From the human T2T-CHM13v2.0 reference genome, Homo sapiens: a stretch of 64,000 nt of DNA. The notes beneath the pieces were generated by a model, which was not told the DNA's origin, did not search any database, and saw nothing but the letters and a program-made list of their open reading frames with translations. Where the stretch lies: the NCBI RefSeq assembly GCF_009914755.1, contig NC_060944.1; one strand, given 5' to 3'. Below, one piece after another: positions 28,565 to 44,398 of this stretch (its first letter is position 1; each line of letters begins with the position of its first letter). The position numbers and the translations under genes were made by a program.

Positions 28565-28664
28565 GCTAAGCCATTCATGAGGGATCCGCCCCCATGATCC
28601 AATCACCTCCCACCGCTAAGCCATTCATGAGGGATCCGCCCCCATGATGCAATCGCCTCCCACC
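28565..28664 (+). repeat. Tandem duplication, 2 x 50 bp, within the MST LTR
   Basis: 28565-28614 vs 28615-28664, 48/50 identical. Confidence 0.95.
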
Positions 28665-31600
28665 AGGCCCCACCTCCAACACTGGGAATCACATTTCAAC
28701 ATGAGATTTGGAGGGGACAAACATCCAAACCATATCACAAAGTATGAGTGGAGTCATGGAGGTAGTATGCAGTGTCAGTCAGGAGAGGGTCCCATTTGTT
28801 ACCACGAGCTTGTTACTGTGGGTACGTTGACATCATGTGCATTTTTTAGCCAAGCATCCTAATAATCTGAAATCGTTTTGCTTTATCTTGGGAGGTTGGT
28901 AGATGTACCTTCCTTTGCTTAAATCCTTCTGCCTTGAGAGAAGTGGCACTTTTCAGGTTAAACTACATAAACAAGAGCATTGGAATAGTGCCTTGGTAGC
29001 GGGAGGAAACAAAAGAAACTGAAAACATAGCTCTACTAAGACACACTTGGAACAAGTACAGAACCATTTAAGTCATATTGTGGGTAATCAGAGCCTTGAA
29101 AGTGTGGGCAGATTAATACATAGCAGTTTCTTTTTTATTTTTCATTTATTTATTTTTTCTCTACTACTGTGACAGATTAACATAGCAGTTTCTTTGGCTT
29201 TGGAGGTTCAACCTTCTGAACAGGTATCAGGGCATTAAGAATGCATCGCCTGGGAATCCTCTACTATTTTATAAAACTCCCTTTTCATGGCCAGCCAGCC
29301 CCTCACTGGCCCCTAAATTGGCTTTCCCCCATTTCAGCCCCATTTCCTGGGGCTGAACTTGTTTCAGAGCAGCCCCAGGATGTGACTTATTTTGAAAGCA
29401 TAGATGTCCTTCTAATACCAGCTTGTTAGACTTTTCAATTTGGTTCCTGTATGTGGTGCTAATCCTCTGTTTACTTGGAATTAGAGTAATTTTCTCCACA
29501 TGTCACCAATCTCCAACATGTTTTACTTGTCATTGCTGATCTTTACTAAGTGCAGTAAAATAACAAAAGTGGTCAGGTTGTGAAAAACAATATAATAGTG
29601 GGAAATCAGTCAGACTCTTTCCACTCAGCTGTGGGTTTTTCATGTGTACACATAGCTTTATTTTATTCCTTCCAAACCTTATTATAGCCACAAGAAAACA
29701 GACATTATAACTCAGCTCTCCATGGTGGCTGCTCTTTGCCCTGAATAATAGAGTGGGGAAGGCTTTTGAGCCATTCTCAGTTCAGGAGAAGAAAGAGGGA
29801 AGGCAATGGAACAATATCACAGGCTGGTCATTTAATGTGGCTTTATCAAAACAACTTCCAAGAACACCAGCTCCTGAGTGCACCTCAAGGAAGCCTGAAG
29901 ACAGGCCCACCCAGCCCAACTTCAACCCCTCAGTGCCCAAGCATGGCCTCTGGGGGCCTGAGGATAATCCTACCTTACCCACCACCATTGCACCACCATT
30001 GGCTCCTGAGCACTCCTTCTGGGGGCCTGAGGACTGGCCCACACAACCTGGTGCTACCACCATAGCTGGTAACCACCCACATGCACTACCTGTGGGCTGG
30101 GGGAATGACAGCCTGCCCAGTCTGTCATAGCAACTATCAATACCACTGCAGGCTGCTTGGGAGCCAGAGAGTTGTTCTGCCACTGCTACTGCCATTGTCT
30201 GTTCCCCAGGGGCCAGAGGACCTGCCTACCTGCCCAGCCCACTGCTATCACCGCTGGCACCTGACAAAACCACCAGGAGACCCAAGAATCAACCTGCCTG
30301 GACATGCTAACACCAGTGCCAACATATGTTGCCTTGGGGCCCAAGGATACGCACACTTGGCTTGCCACTCCCACCACTAGGACCCAAGGATTGGCCTACC
30401 TGGTGTTCCTATTCCCAGTAAAACTTCACCACAGCCTTCAAACAACCATATCATAAGCCACTGAATAAATCACAGACACACTGATGCTATTTACAGACAA
30501 AAAAATTACAAGGAAACTGCATTACTGCATACACCGAGAATCAAAGCCACAGTGCTCTACACAACCAACACCAAAGGTACATCTTCAGGAAAACATCCTC
30601 CCATATGAAAGCAAACCCCCAAAACTGGAAGAAATGGCTATTACACCAGATGGGCAGATAGCAATATAAGGATACAAGAAACATAAAAGCAAGAAAATAT
30701 GACACCTCCAAAGGAGCACAGTAATTCTCCGGCAACACATTCCAATAAAAAAGAAATTTATGAAATCCAAAAAAAAGAATTGAAAATAATATTAAAGAAG
30801 TTAAGTGAGATACAAGAGAACACAGACAAACAATACAAAGAAATCAGAAAAAAAACGGGATATGAATGAGAAACTTTCCAGAGACAGATGTCAAAAAAGG
30901 AACCAAACAGAAATCCTAGAACTGAAAATGTTATTGAATGAAATAAAAAAAATACATTTTAAAGTTCACTAATAAACTAGATCAAGCAGAAGAAATGATT
31001 TCAGAACTTGAAGGTGGGTCTTTTAAAATAACTTAGTCAAAATTAAAGAAAAATGAATAAAAAGCAATGGGCAAATCCTACATGACATAGGAAATGTAAC
31101 AAAGTGACCAAAATATTTGCATTTTCAGTGTCCCACAAGGTGTAGAGAAAAAAAAAGAATTAGAAAATCTAATCATAAAATAATAGCAGAAAATGTCAAG
31201 AGATTTAGACATCAAAATACAGGAATCCCAGAGAGCCCCAAACAGACAAAGTTCAAAAAGATCTTTTCCATAGCACATTATATTCAAACTATCAAGTCAA
31301 AGACAGAGAATTCTAAAAATAGCAAAAAAAGCATCTAGTCCCTTGTAGGGGAACACTCAATCAAACTAATAGTGTATTTCTCAGCAGAAACCTCAGGCTG
31401 AGAGGCTAGGAGAGAATGGGGTGATATATTCAAAGCGCCGAAAGAAAAAAAAAGTTGTCAGACAAGGATACTATACCCAGAAAAGTTATCCTTCATAAAT
31501 GAAGGAGAAATAAAGACAAGCAAAAGCTGAAGGAATTCACTACCACTAGACTGGTCCTACAAGAAATGCTTAAGGGAGTCCTACACCTGGAAGCAAAAAG

Positions 31601-32177
31601 ACAGTATCTGCCACCATGAAAACACATGAAAGTATAAAACCCATTGGCATAATGAACACACAAATAAGAAAAGAAAGAACTTAAATGTTACCACTACAGA
31701 AAACTGCCAAACCACAATGATAATGCAGAGAAAGAAATGAACAAAGGATGTACAAACAACCAGAAATTAATTAAGTGACAGGAATAAGCCCTCACATATC
31801 AATAATAACCAGGAATGTAAATGGGTTAAACTTTCAAATTAAAAGATATAGACTGGCTGAATGGATTTTTTAAATGACCCAACTATATATGCTGCTTACA
31901 AGAAACTCATCTGTAAAGACACATATAGACTAAAAATGAAGGAATGATAAAAGATATTCCATGCAAGCAGAAACCAAAAGCAAGCAGGAGTAGCTTTACT
32001 TTATCAAATAAAACAGACTTTAAGTCAAAACATTAAAAAAAAGAGACAAAGGTTGTCATATAATTATAAAAAGATCAATTTAGCAACAGGCTATAACAAT
32101 CCTAAAAATGTATGCACCCAATATTAGAGCACCCAAATATATAAAGCAAATATTCTTAGATCTAAGGGAAGAAATAT

Positions 32178-32318
32178 GGCTGTGTTTGGTGGCTTATGCC
32201 TGTAATCCCAGCACTTTGGGAAGCCAAGATGGGAAGATAGCTTGAGGCCAGGAGTTCAAGACCAGCCTGGTCAACATAGTAAAACACCATCTCTAATTAA
32301 AAAATAAAAATAAAAAAA
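32178..32318 (+). mobile_element. FLAM_C monomer inside L1MA, TSD gaagaaata
   Basis: Monomer plus A tail. Confidence 0.85.
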
Positions 32319-34037
32319 GAAGAAATAGAAGATGCCAATACAATAATAGTTGGGGACTTCAACAACCCACCCTCAGCATTAGACAGATCATGTAGACAGA
32401 AAATTAACAAAGAAACATTGTATTTAAACTATACTTTAGACCAAGTAGACCTAGCAGACATTTAAAGAACACTTCATCCATCATCTGCAGAATACACATT
32501 CTTCTCATGAGTACATAGAACATGCTCCAGAATAGACCATATGCTAGGACACAAAACGTATCTCAACAAGTTTTTAAAAATTGAAATTATACCAAGTATT
32601 TTCTCAGACCACAATGGAATAAAACTAGAAATGAATCACAAGAAGAACTTTGGAAACTGTACAAATACAAGGAAATTAAACATGTTCCTGAATGACCCTT
32701 ATATCAAGGAAGAAATTAAGGAGGAAAGAAATTTTTTAAACAAATAAAAATGGAAATACAACATACCAAAACCTATAGGATACAACAAAAGCAGTGCTAA
32801 AAGGGAAATTTATAGCAATGAATGCCTACAAATACATAGAAAGGTTTCAAGTAAACAACTTAATGATGCACCCCAAGGAACTAGAAAAGCAACAACAAGC
32901 CAAACCCAAATTTAGTAGAAGGAAAGAAATAATGAAGAGCAAAGCAGAATTCAACAAAATAGAAATAAACAAGCCATCAAAACAAAAAATTCATTTTTTG
33001 AAAAGATTGAACAAAATGGATAAACTACAAGCTAGATCAATCATGAAAAAAAGAGAGAAGAACCAAAATCAGAAATGAAAAAGGAGACATTACGACTGAT
33101 ACCACAGAAACACAAAAGATCATCAGAGACTATTATGAACATCTCTACAAACTGGAAAACTTTGAGGAAATTGATAAATTCTCAGACACATACAACCCAC
33201 CAAGATTGAATCAGGAAGACATAGGAAACCTAAACAGACCAATAATGAGATTGAGTCAGTAATAAAAAGTCTCCCAACAAACAAGAGCCCAAGACCAGAT
33301 GACTTCCCTGCCAAAGTCTGCCAAACTTACAAAGAACTAATACCAGTTATCCTCAAACTATTCAAAAAAATTGATGCAGAAGAAATTCTCTCTAACTCAT
33401 TCTATGAGGCTAATGTTATCCTGATACTAAGACCAGGCAAGGACACAACAACAATAAAACTACAGGCCAATATCCCTGATAAACATAGACACAAAAATCC
33501 TCAACAAAATACTAGCAAACTGAATCCAACAGCACACCAAAAAGAATACACCACAATAAAGTGGGATTTATCTCAAGGATTCGAGGATGACTCAAAATAT
33601 GCAAGTCAATAAATGTGATGTCACATCAACAGAATGAAGGACAAAAACCATATGATCTCAATAGATACAGAAGCATTTGATAAAATCTAATATTCCTTCA
33701 TGATAAAAACTCTCAATAAATGAGGCATAGAAGGAACATAACATAATAAAAGTCATATATGACACACCCACAGCTAACATCATACTGAATGACAAAAAGC
33801 TGAAAGCCTTTCCTCTAAGAACTGGAACAAGACGAGGATGCCCACTTTCACCACTCCTATTCAACACAGTACTGGAAGTCCTAGCGTGAGCAATCAGGTA
33901 AGAGAAAGAAAAGACATTCAAACTGAAAAAGAGGAAGTCAAATTGTCCCTCTTTGTACATGAGATGATTTTGTATCTAGAAATCTAAAGATTCCACCAAA
34001 AAAACTGTTAGATCTGAGTTTAAAAATTAGTAAGGTT

Positions 34038-34371
<334 letters not shown>

Positions 34372-36344
34372 TCAGTAGTGTTTCTATCCACCAGTGATAA
34401 ACTAGCTGAGAAAGAAATCAAGAGAGCAACAATCCTATCTATAATAGCTACAAAAATAAATAAATAAAATATCTAGGAATACATAAAGGAGGTAAAAGAC
34501 CCCACAAGGAAAACTATAAAACATTGATGAAAAAATAGAACAGGACCCAAACAAAAGAAGTCTCATGCTCATGGATTGAAAGAATTAATATTGTTAAAAA
34601 TGACAGCCCAAAGCAATCTGCAGGTTCAATGTAATCACTATCAAAATACCAATTTTTCACTGAAATAGAAAAAACAATCCTAAAATTTGTTTTGAAGCAA
34701 AAAAGAGCCCAAATAGCCAAAGCAGTCCTGAGCAAAAGGAATAAAGCTCTAGGCATCACACTACCTAACTTCAAAATATATGCAAATGTTGTAGTAACCA
34801 GAACAGCATGGTATTGATGTAAAAACAGACACAGACCAATGGAAAAGAATAGAGGACTCAGAAATAAGCCTGCATATTTACAGCTAACTGATTTTCAACA
34901 AAGGTGCTAAGAACATGCATTGGGGAAAGGATACCCTCTTTAGTTATGGGTGCTGGCAAAATTAGGTTTCCATATGCAGAAGAATGAAACTGTACTCCTG
35001 TATCTCACCATATACAAAAATTGACTCAAGATGAATTAAAGACTAACATAAGAGCCCAAACTACAAAACTACTAGAAGAAAACATAGGGGAAACACTCAG
35101 GACATTGGTGTAGGCAAATATGACCAAGACCTCAAAAGCATAGACAACAAAAACAAAAATAGACAAATTAGACTACATTAAACTAAAAGGCTTCCACACA
35201 GCAAAAGAACAATCAACAGAGTAAAGAGACAACCTATTGAATAGAATAAAATATTTGCAAACTTTTCATCTGACAAGAGACTAATATCCAGAGTATACAA
35301 GGAACTTAACACTAAAACAACAACAATCATCATCAGCAGCATCTCATTAAAAAGTAGGTGAAGGACACGAATAGGCATTTCTAAAGAGAAGACAGAAATG
35401 GCCAAAAGGTATATGAAAAAATACTTATCGCTAATTATCAAAGAAATGCAAATCAAAACCACAATGAGATATCATCTTACCCCAGTTAGAATGGCTATTG
35501 TTAAAAAGACAAAAAATAACAGATGCTGGTGAGGATGTGGAGAAATGGAAACTCTTATACACTGTTGGTAGGTATGTAAATTAGTACAACCACTATGGAG
35601 AACGGTATGGAGATTTCTAAAAAAACAAACCAAAACACAGAACTATTAAACAATTCACCAATCCCACTACTTGGTATTTATCCAAGGGAAAAAAATTGGT
35701 ACATCAAAGGGATACCTACACCCCCATGTTTATTGCAGTAGTACTTACAATAGCCAAGATGTGACATCAACCTAAGTGTTCATCAATAGATGAGTGGACA
35801 ATGAAAATGTGGTATATATACACAATGGAATAATCTTCAGCCACAAAAAAGAATGAAATCTTGTCATTTCCAGCAACATGGATGGAAATGAGGTCATTAT
35901 GTTAAGTGAAATAAGTCCGGCACAGAAAGACGAATATTGCGTGTTCTCACTCATTTAAGAGCTAAAAAAGTTGATTTCATGGAGGTACAGAGTAGAATGA
36001 TATATACCAGAGGCTAGGAAGGGTGTGTGCTGGTGGGGAGGGGAAGTGAGGAGGAAGGATGAAGAGATGTTGGTTAATGAGCACAAACATACAGTTAGAT
36101 AGAGGAAATAAGTTCTAATGTTCAATAGCAAAGAAGGGTGACTATAGTTAACAATACTATATTGTGTATTTCAAAATAGCTAGAAGAGAGGACTTGAAAT
36201 GTTCCTAACACAGAGAAATGATAAATACTTGAGGGGACAGATACCCTAAATACCTTGACTTGATCATTACACATTCTATCCATGTAAGAAAATACCACAT
36301 GTACCGCAGAAATATGTACAAATAGTATGTATCAATAAAAAAGA

Positions 36345-37520
36345 ATTGAGATCAAACATTGATCATATCAATAAATGTAATCACAAATTATTTTCAGATG
36401 GAGTAACAAAGCAAATTGACAATATGTTGTATACAAGACAAATCAAAACCAAAAAGATACAAAAGGTTAAAAATAAAGGAATGGACAAAGATACATCAGG
36501 CATATGCAAATAAAAAGATAGCGGGAGTCTCAATGTTGATATCTGACAAGGTGAAGTTAAGAGTAAAAGGTGTTTTTTAGAAAGACAAAAAAAGACACCT
36601 TATAAGGCTAAAGTCTACAAAGATATATTAATTTATTAATATATTAACTTTAACAATATATATTGTTAATATTGTTATGCGAAGTAACACCTTAACCTTC
36701 ATAAAGCAAAAATTAGAAGAAATATATGGAGAAGAAAAAAATACACTAACAGTAGAAAACTGTAACATACTTTGCTCAATTCCAAACAGATCATATGGGT
36801 GAAAAATCAGTAAATATATATGATCTATGCAACACAATAATTACGTAGATCTTATAAATGTCTAACTCTTAACTGCAATAATGGAAAAAAAAGGAAACAT
36901 TTTTTTCATTGTATATGGAACATTTATAAAGACTGTATCTCATGCCACAAAGAAAACTTCAATGAATTCTAAAGGATTGCATTCTGATTACAAATGATAT
37001 AAATTAATTACAAAATTAGAAAACATAATCTCCCAGTTGGAAACTTAAAAAAACCCACTATTAAATAAATTCTTGGGTCAAAGAAGAAATACTAAGTGAA
37101 ACTGCAGAACTTCTTGAAAATAATAAGTAGTAAACAGATGAAAAAATTATATAGCTATATCAATAAAATAAAAAATAAAATAAATAGCTAAGTTTAAAAA
37201 CCAAGAAAATAACAACAAAACAGAAAGAGCAGAGGGAAGAAATTAATAAAGGTGAAAGAAACTATTAATTTTAAAAACCTACTTTTTTGAAAAAATAAAA
37301 TAGACAAATTGATAGCTAGCCCAATTTGCAAAAATTGGAGAAAACACAAAATTAGAAATGTCAAGGGGAAAAAAACATCAAAAGAGAGGAAATTTTAAGA
37401 AATCATTAGCGACTACTTTGTACAACTCTAAGCAAATACATTTGAAAATCTTAACAAAGTGAATACATTTCTTAGAAAAACACAGTATACCAAATTGACC
37501 CCAATGAAGAGCTATAAAAG
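36345..37520 (+). mobile_element. Older L1M endonuclease/ORF2 fragment
   Basis: 'aaaaggttaaaaataaaggaatggacaaagatacatcagg', 'tatggaacatttataaa', 'tacattt..aaaatctta'. Confidence 0.7.
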
Positions 37521-37587
37521 GCCTATCATACAATCTTCTATAATAGATAGTTGCATAGAGAGAGAAAGTTATTGAAATAAATTGCAA

Positions 37588-38305
37588 TGATGTTTCTGCA
37601 CACCTTGAGAAAAACCTTTCCCTAAAATGTTTCCCATCAGGACTGAGAAAATGCAGTCATATCAAGTTAAACAAGAAAAGCTGATTAGATTGCATTTATA
37701 ATCCAGGAAACAATTTTGTTTTGATGAGTGAACTCAGCCTAGAAAGAGCATGAACCAGGACCAGAATTAATCCACTCTGATGAACACCAATGTCCACGAT
37801 GACCTCAGGAAGATAAAACAGGCCCTGCAGTTGACAGCTGGCAGCAAGGCTGTGAAAAGCCGTGCTCCCAGAATGTCGGCAGTCATCAGGCAACTCTCTC
37901 ACCACATCCAAAACAAACCCTCTACAACCCCCCACTTTCCTAAACATCTCTTTTTTCTGGCTAACATTGAGTAATTATTGTTTCTTTACCAATGACAACT
38001 CTAGTCCCACTTTAATCTGCCTACCATCTAGATAAAAATTATTGAGATATCTAATTATGAGCTTGCCCCTCCTCCCTGATGGAGCTGGATCCTGAGCAGG
38101 ACCCTGCTGCTCTCTTAAACTCTCCTTATAGACATTCCCAGCACATGCCCAAATGCTGTAATAAATCACTCCCAAGTCCCTTCTCCCAAGGTGCCCAGTG
38201 ATTTCCCTGCTGTGCGTCCCCCCTTTTCACAGCAAGGTCAGTAAACCTAACTTTATCTTCGACTACAGAAGTGTTCCTGACAGTCTTTGGTGGGTGAACA
38301 CTGAC
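37588..38305 (+). mobile_element. ERV-class solo LTR (subfamily uncertain)
   Basis: TATA-like ccttatag, poly-A-signal-like agtaaacctaacttt and LTR-type end 'gtgttcctgacagtctttgg...actgac'. Confidence 0.55.
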
Positions 38306-38420
38306 GGATATAAGTGTACTAATGCCTTGCAACCACGCAACTCATAATAAAATCTCTGAACAACGTCCCATTCCAAAAATTAAATGTAGTAACAAAAGTA
38401 ATTTTAAGAAAGAGACACAA

Positions 38421-38748
38421 GGCTGGGTGCGGTGGCTCATTCCTGTAATCCCAGCACTTTGGGAGGCCAAGACAGGAGGACGATTTGAGCCCAGGAATTC
38501 AAGACCAGTCTGGGTAACATAGCAAAACCCCATCTCTAAAAATCTACAAAAATTAGCTGGGCGTGCAGGTGCTTGCCTGTAGTCCCAGTTACTCAGGAGT
38601 CAGGTGGGAGGACTGTTTGAGCCTGGGAGGTCCAGGATGTAGTGGGCTGTGATTGCATCAGTGCACTCCAGCTTTGGCAACAGAGTGAGACCCTGTCTCA
38701 AAAAACAAACAAACAACAACAACAACAACAAAAACAAACAAAAAACAA
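38421..38748 (+). mobile_element. AluJ with (CAA)n-type tail
   Basis: AluJ features; TSD-like aaga(a/g)agaga..caa. Confidence 0.88.
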
Positions 38749-39419
38749 GAGAGAGACAATCTGTGTGGAAGAGATTTAAATCCACCACACTGACACAAAT
38801 CTTTCTTTTCCTACTCACTTTTCTTTACATGGTCACTGTTTGGGAGAATTTCCTGTAGTCTCAATACCATTTTAACTCCCTCTCTTGTGTTCTCTTTCCA
38901 TTCCTTCACTATGCAGAATAACCTTGCCTCTCTCCCAGCAAGAACGCCTCTTCCCTAGGAGAAGGGAGGGGAAATCAGGTGATTTCAGGGTTCTTTTTGG
39001 TGGGCTCAGGGAGTGGGGAAGACTACGAAACTGTCCCGTTCAGCTTTGGTCCTACACTACAGTTTGACAATTTATGAGCAAGTTCCTTTTCATTAACACA
39101 ATCCATCCTCTCAAAAACGGAGAAGTGTTGGCCATTTCTATTCTTCCCTCTTCCCTCTGCATAGTTGAGGGAAAAACAAATCTCAGAAAGGCTAAGTCCA
39201 TTCAGCCAGTAATTAGCAGGCTCCTGTTCAAAGCTTTTCCCAAGCAGGTCCTCTATCCAGTGCCTGGTTACATTTAACGCCAGTGATAGTTACAAAACCA
39301 CCACCTCCCCTGATGAGCTTCTACTGTGTGCTAGGCTAATGCTAGGTGCTTTCTATCCATGCTTCTCAAACTGTGATATGCACACCCATCGCCTGGGCAC
39401 ATTGTTAAAATGCATAGTC

Positions 39420-39727
39420 TTTTTTACTTTTTAGAGATGGAATCTTGTTTTGTTGCCCAGGCTGGAGTACAGTGGTGCAACCATAGCTCATTGCTGCCTT
39501 GAATTTCTGGGCTCAAGCAATACTCTCACCTCAGCTTCTCAAGTAGCTGGGACGACAGGTATGTGCCACCACACCTGACTAATTTTTTAATTTATTTTTT
39601 TTTTTTTTGTAGAGACAAGATCTTGCCACCTTGCCCAGGCTGGTCTTGATCTCCTTGGCTAAAGCGATCCTCCCACCTCGGCCTCCCAAAATGCTGGGAT
39701 TACAAGCGTGAGCTACCATACCTGGCC
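39420..39727 (-). mobile_element. AluJ inserted in MER5A (39360-39845), TSD taaaatgcata
   Basis: MER5A halves 'gcttctcaaactg...gttaaaatgca' and 'attctgattcag...cactttgagcagc'. Confidence 0.85.
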
Positions 39728-40841
39728 TAAAATGCATATTCTGATTCAGCATATCTGGATGGGGTATGAGAGTCTACATTTCTATCAGTACGTTCTTGGT
39801 TAATGACGATGATGCAAGTCTACCGACCCCACTTTGAGCAGCAAGTTTATATGCACTACCTCACATAAACCCACACAACAGTGTTTCTCAACCTTGACTG
39901 CGCTTGGGGGGATTTAAAGCCTTCTAATCCTCAGATGCAGCCCACACTAATCGTGTCAGTATCCCTGGTAGTAAGAGCCAGGTGGTTCTCATGGAAAGCT
40001 GAAGTTAAGATGCTGTATGGGCTAGGCAGTAGTACCCCCATTTGGTGGCTGAAAAACTGAAGTTTAGAGAAATTACCTCACCCAAATGCCTACATGTAGA
40101 CAGTCTTGTGGGCAGATTTTAAACCCAAGCATGTCTGGCTCCAGAGTTCATTCTCTCAGTCACTACTCTCTAAGGTCTCCCACAGTAACAACACCAGATT
40201 TCAATCAATTGTTAACTGAGGAAAGCAGGCCCACATATATGAAGCCACTAGGAAGCAGTCTGAGCCCACAGATGTCCTGGCACTGAGACTCTCAGTATGG
40301 CTTGCAGTCCTTTAACAATAGGAGGGTAGAAAGCTCTCCTCGGGGCTTAAGTGACTCCTGCTCCGACTGACCCAGCACAAGCCCTGGAACTGATTATGCC
40401 TCATTGGTTTCATGGCTTTCCAATAAATGCTGATTGGTCAGAGTATTTCCTCTCCCATTGAGGGTTTAAGTGCAAGAGAAAGCCAGGTGCATTAAATCAG
40501 TGTAATTAGCTCTGAAGTGTTGGTGATTAAGGAAGTGGATTCCCAGAGAGAAAGAAACCCTCCAAGGCTTTATCAAGCTGGAATTGTGAAGCCCTAGGCT
40601 GGACAGCAGCCAAACGTCTGCTCCTTTCTGATGGGAAGTAAAGGATTCCCCGAGGGATGGACTTGCTGGCAATGGCTGGGCTTAGTCTCCCATCTGGGAA
40701 TTCATTAATTAGGGCTTAGCTTTGAAGGCAGATAATAAGGTAATCAAAAGGGGAAGTGAAGCCCCACAATTCATGCTGTTTAATGAGTAATACTGGAGTG
40801 AGCAGATGAGGAGAGACCTGTCAGAATAGGTAGAGTGTCTT

Positions 40842-42798
<1,957 letters not shown>

Positions 42799-44084
42799 AG
42801 GTGGAGTGTCTTAAGCTACCGTCCTGACCACTGGTTTTGAACCAAAGAGCCAACGGAGAAATCTTCGGATAAGAGTATAATTTAAAATCAGTAATAGTGC
42901 AACTTTCCTACAACAGCCTCCTCTATCCATCTTCTTTGCCCCCATGACCATCTCATCATTCCAGCAACCGAGACCACAAAATATCTGCTCGCCAAGAATG
43001 CTGCCTGGGTCCAAGGCCAAACCAGCTGTCTGGGCAGGCAGGGAGAAGAGGCCTCCTGCTGGGCCACATGCTCTCTCAAAGAGAACACAAATAAGAATGC
43101 AGTGTTTACACACAAGGATCAAACTTCTGTTTTATGCTTTAAAATAGGAATTTGGGGGTATTACAAGATTAAATTTGGCTGTACATTTAGAATCGCTTGG
43201 GAGACCATGTAGGTTGAGGAAGAAGCATGATGAATGTAATGAAGATGATTTTATTTTTCAGGTTTTCTTCCCCCCATTGTGAAATCCGTGACACTTTCTG
43301 ACATCTAAGTACTGGCTTAAAAGTTTTCCAATGCTCTATACATCTCTACAGCTTTGCTTCTGATCAAAGGTGAAAAAAGCCCAAAGCCTTGCCCCAAATG
43401 TCACCTTTTTGGGTGTTCTCTGGCTGTGACTCTCCTGTGAGTAACACAGTTTGGAATCGACTTGAATATTTATATGTCACCAAATTGATGACACACATGG
43501 CCTCTCTCTCCACAGGTGTCCAACAGGAATGGAAAATTTTTTGTGTGCGACTTCCTCTCTCTTTTGCCTTTCCCTCTTATTCATATTCTTCCCCTTCCAG
43601 AAAAAAAAAAAACAAAAAACACTAAGTTTCTTAGATCTTACCAATTTTGCAGCTTCTGGTGGCCTCTGATGTGAATTAGAGGCAACTGATTTCTGCCAGG
43701 TAAATGAACTCAAAGTCTCTAAGCGGAAAGGAAAGGCTGATGGATATGTGGCATCTCCACTCCAGAGAGAAATCTTTCCCCCTTTTTCAAGAACCTAAAA
43801 CTCACATATAGCTCACGTTGCTAGAGGTAGTTGCTTGTTGGAAACCCTCAGCAGATCTAAATGATGGATTTCATTACCCACATCCCTAATTATGTTACAA
43901 AGTTCTCCCTCAATACCTTGGTATGGTAAAGCTTTCTGACAAACCACTCCTTCCTAATGTATATTTTTCCCCTGGCTGGGGAGAGAGGGTGGAGAAGAAG
44001 ATGGGCAAGAAGGTGGTCTCACCATGTATAGAATGTCTTTTCATTTTATGCAGCCATGGCATTGCTCTCTCATCTCTAAACAAT

Positions 44085-44398
44085 TGGCTCCCAACCTGGC
44101 CACACAACTGAAACCACTTAGGGAACCTATAGGAATCCTGGTGCTCAGGCTGTACCCTAAACCTTTTGCAACTCAGTGTTTGTGATGGCACCCAGGCATC
44201 AGTAGTTTTTTGATGACAGTAGTTTTAAAATCTGGCTGCACATTTAGAATATCTCGGGAAGCTTTAGAAAATACTGATACTTGCTCCTACTCCCAGAGAT
44301 TCTGATTAATGAATGGGTCTGCTGTGCAGCCTGAACACTAAGGATTTTGAAACCTCGCCAGATGAATCAAGTGCACAGCCAAGGTTGAAAACCAGTGC
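44085..44398. mobile_element. Two adjacent MER5-family hAT MITE copies
   Basis: 'ctggctgcacatttagaat...agagattctgatt...gtgcacagccaaggttgaaaacc'. Confidence 0.7.

Noticed and set aside
29753-30380. Overlapping Pro/Gly-rich ORFs and repeated ggggcctgagga units
   Set aside because: Internal repeats of the L1MA 5' region. There are no identical repeats with unique spacers, so this is neither a CRISPR-like array nor coding.
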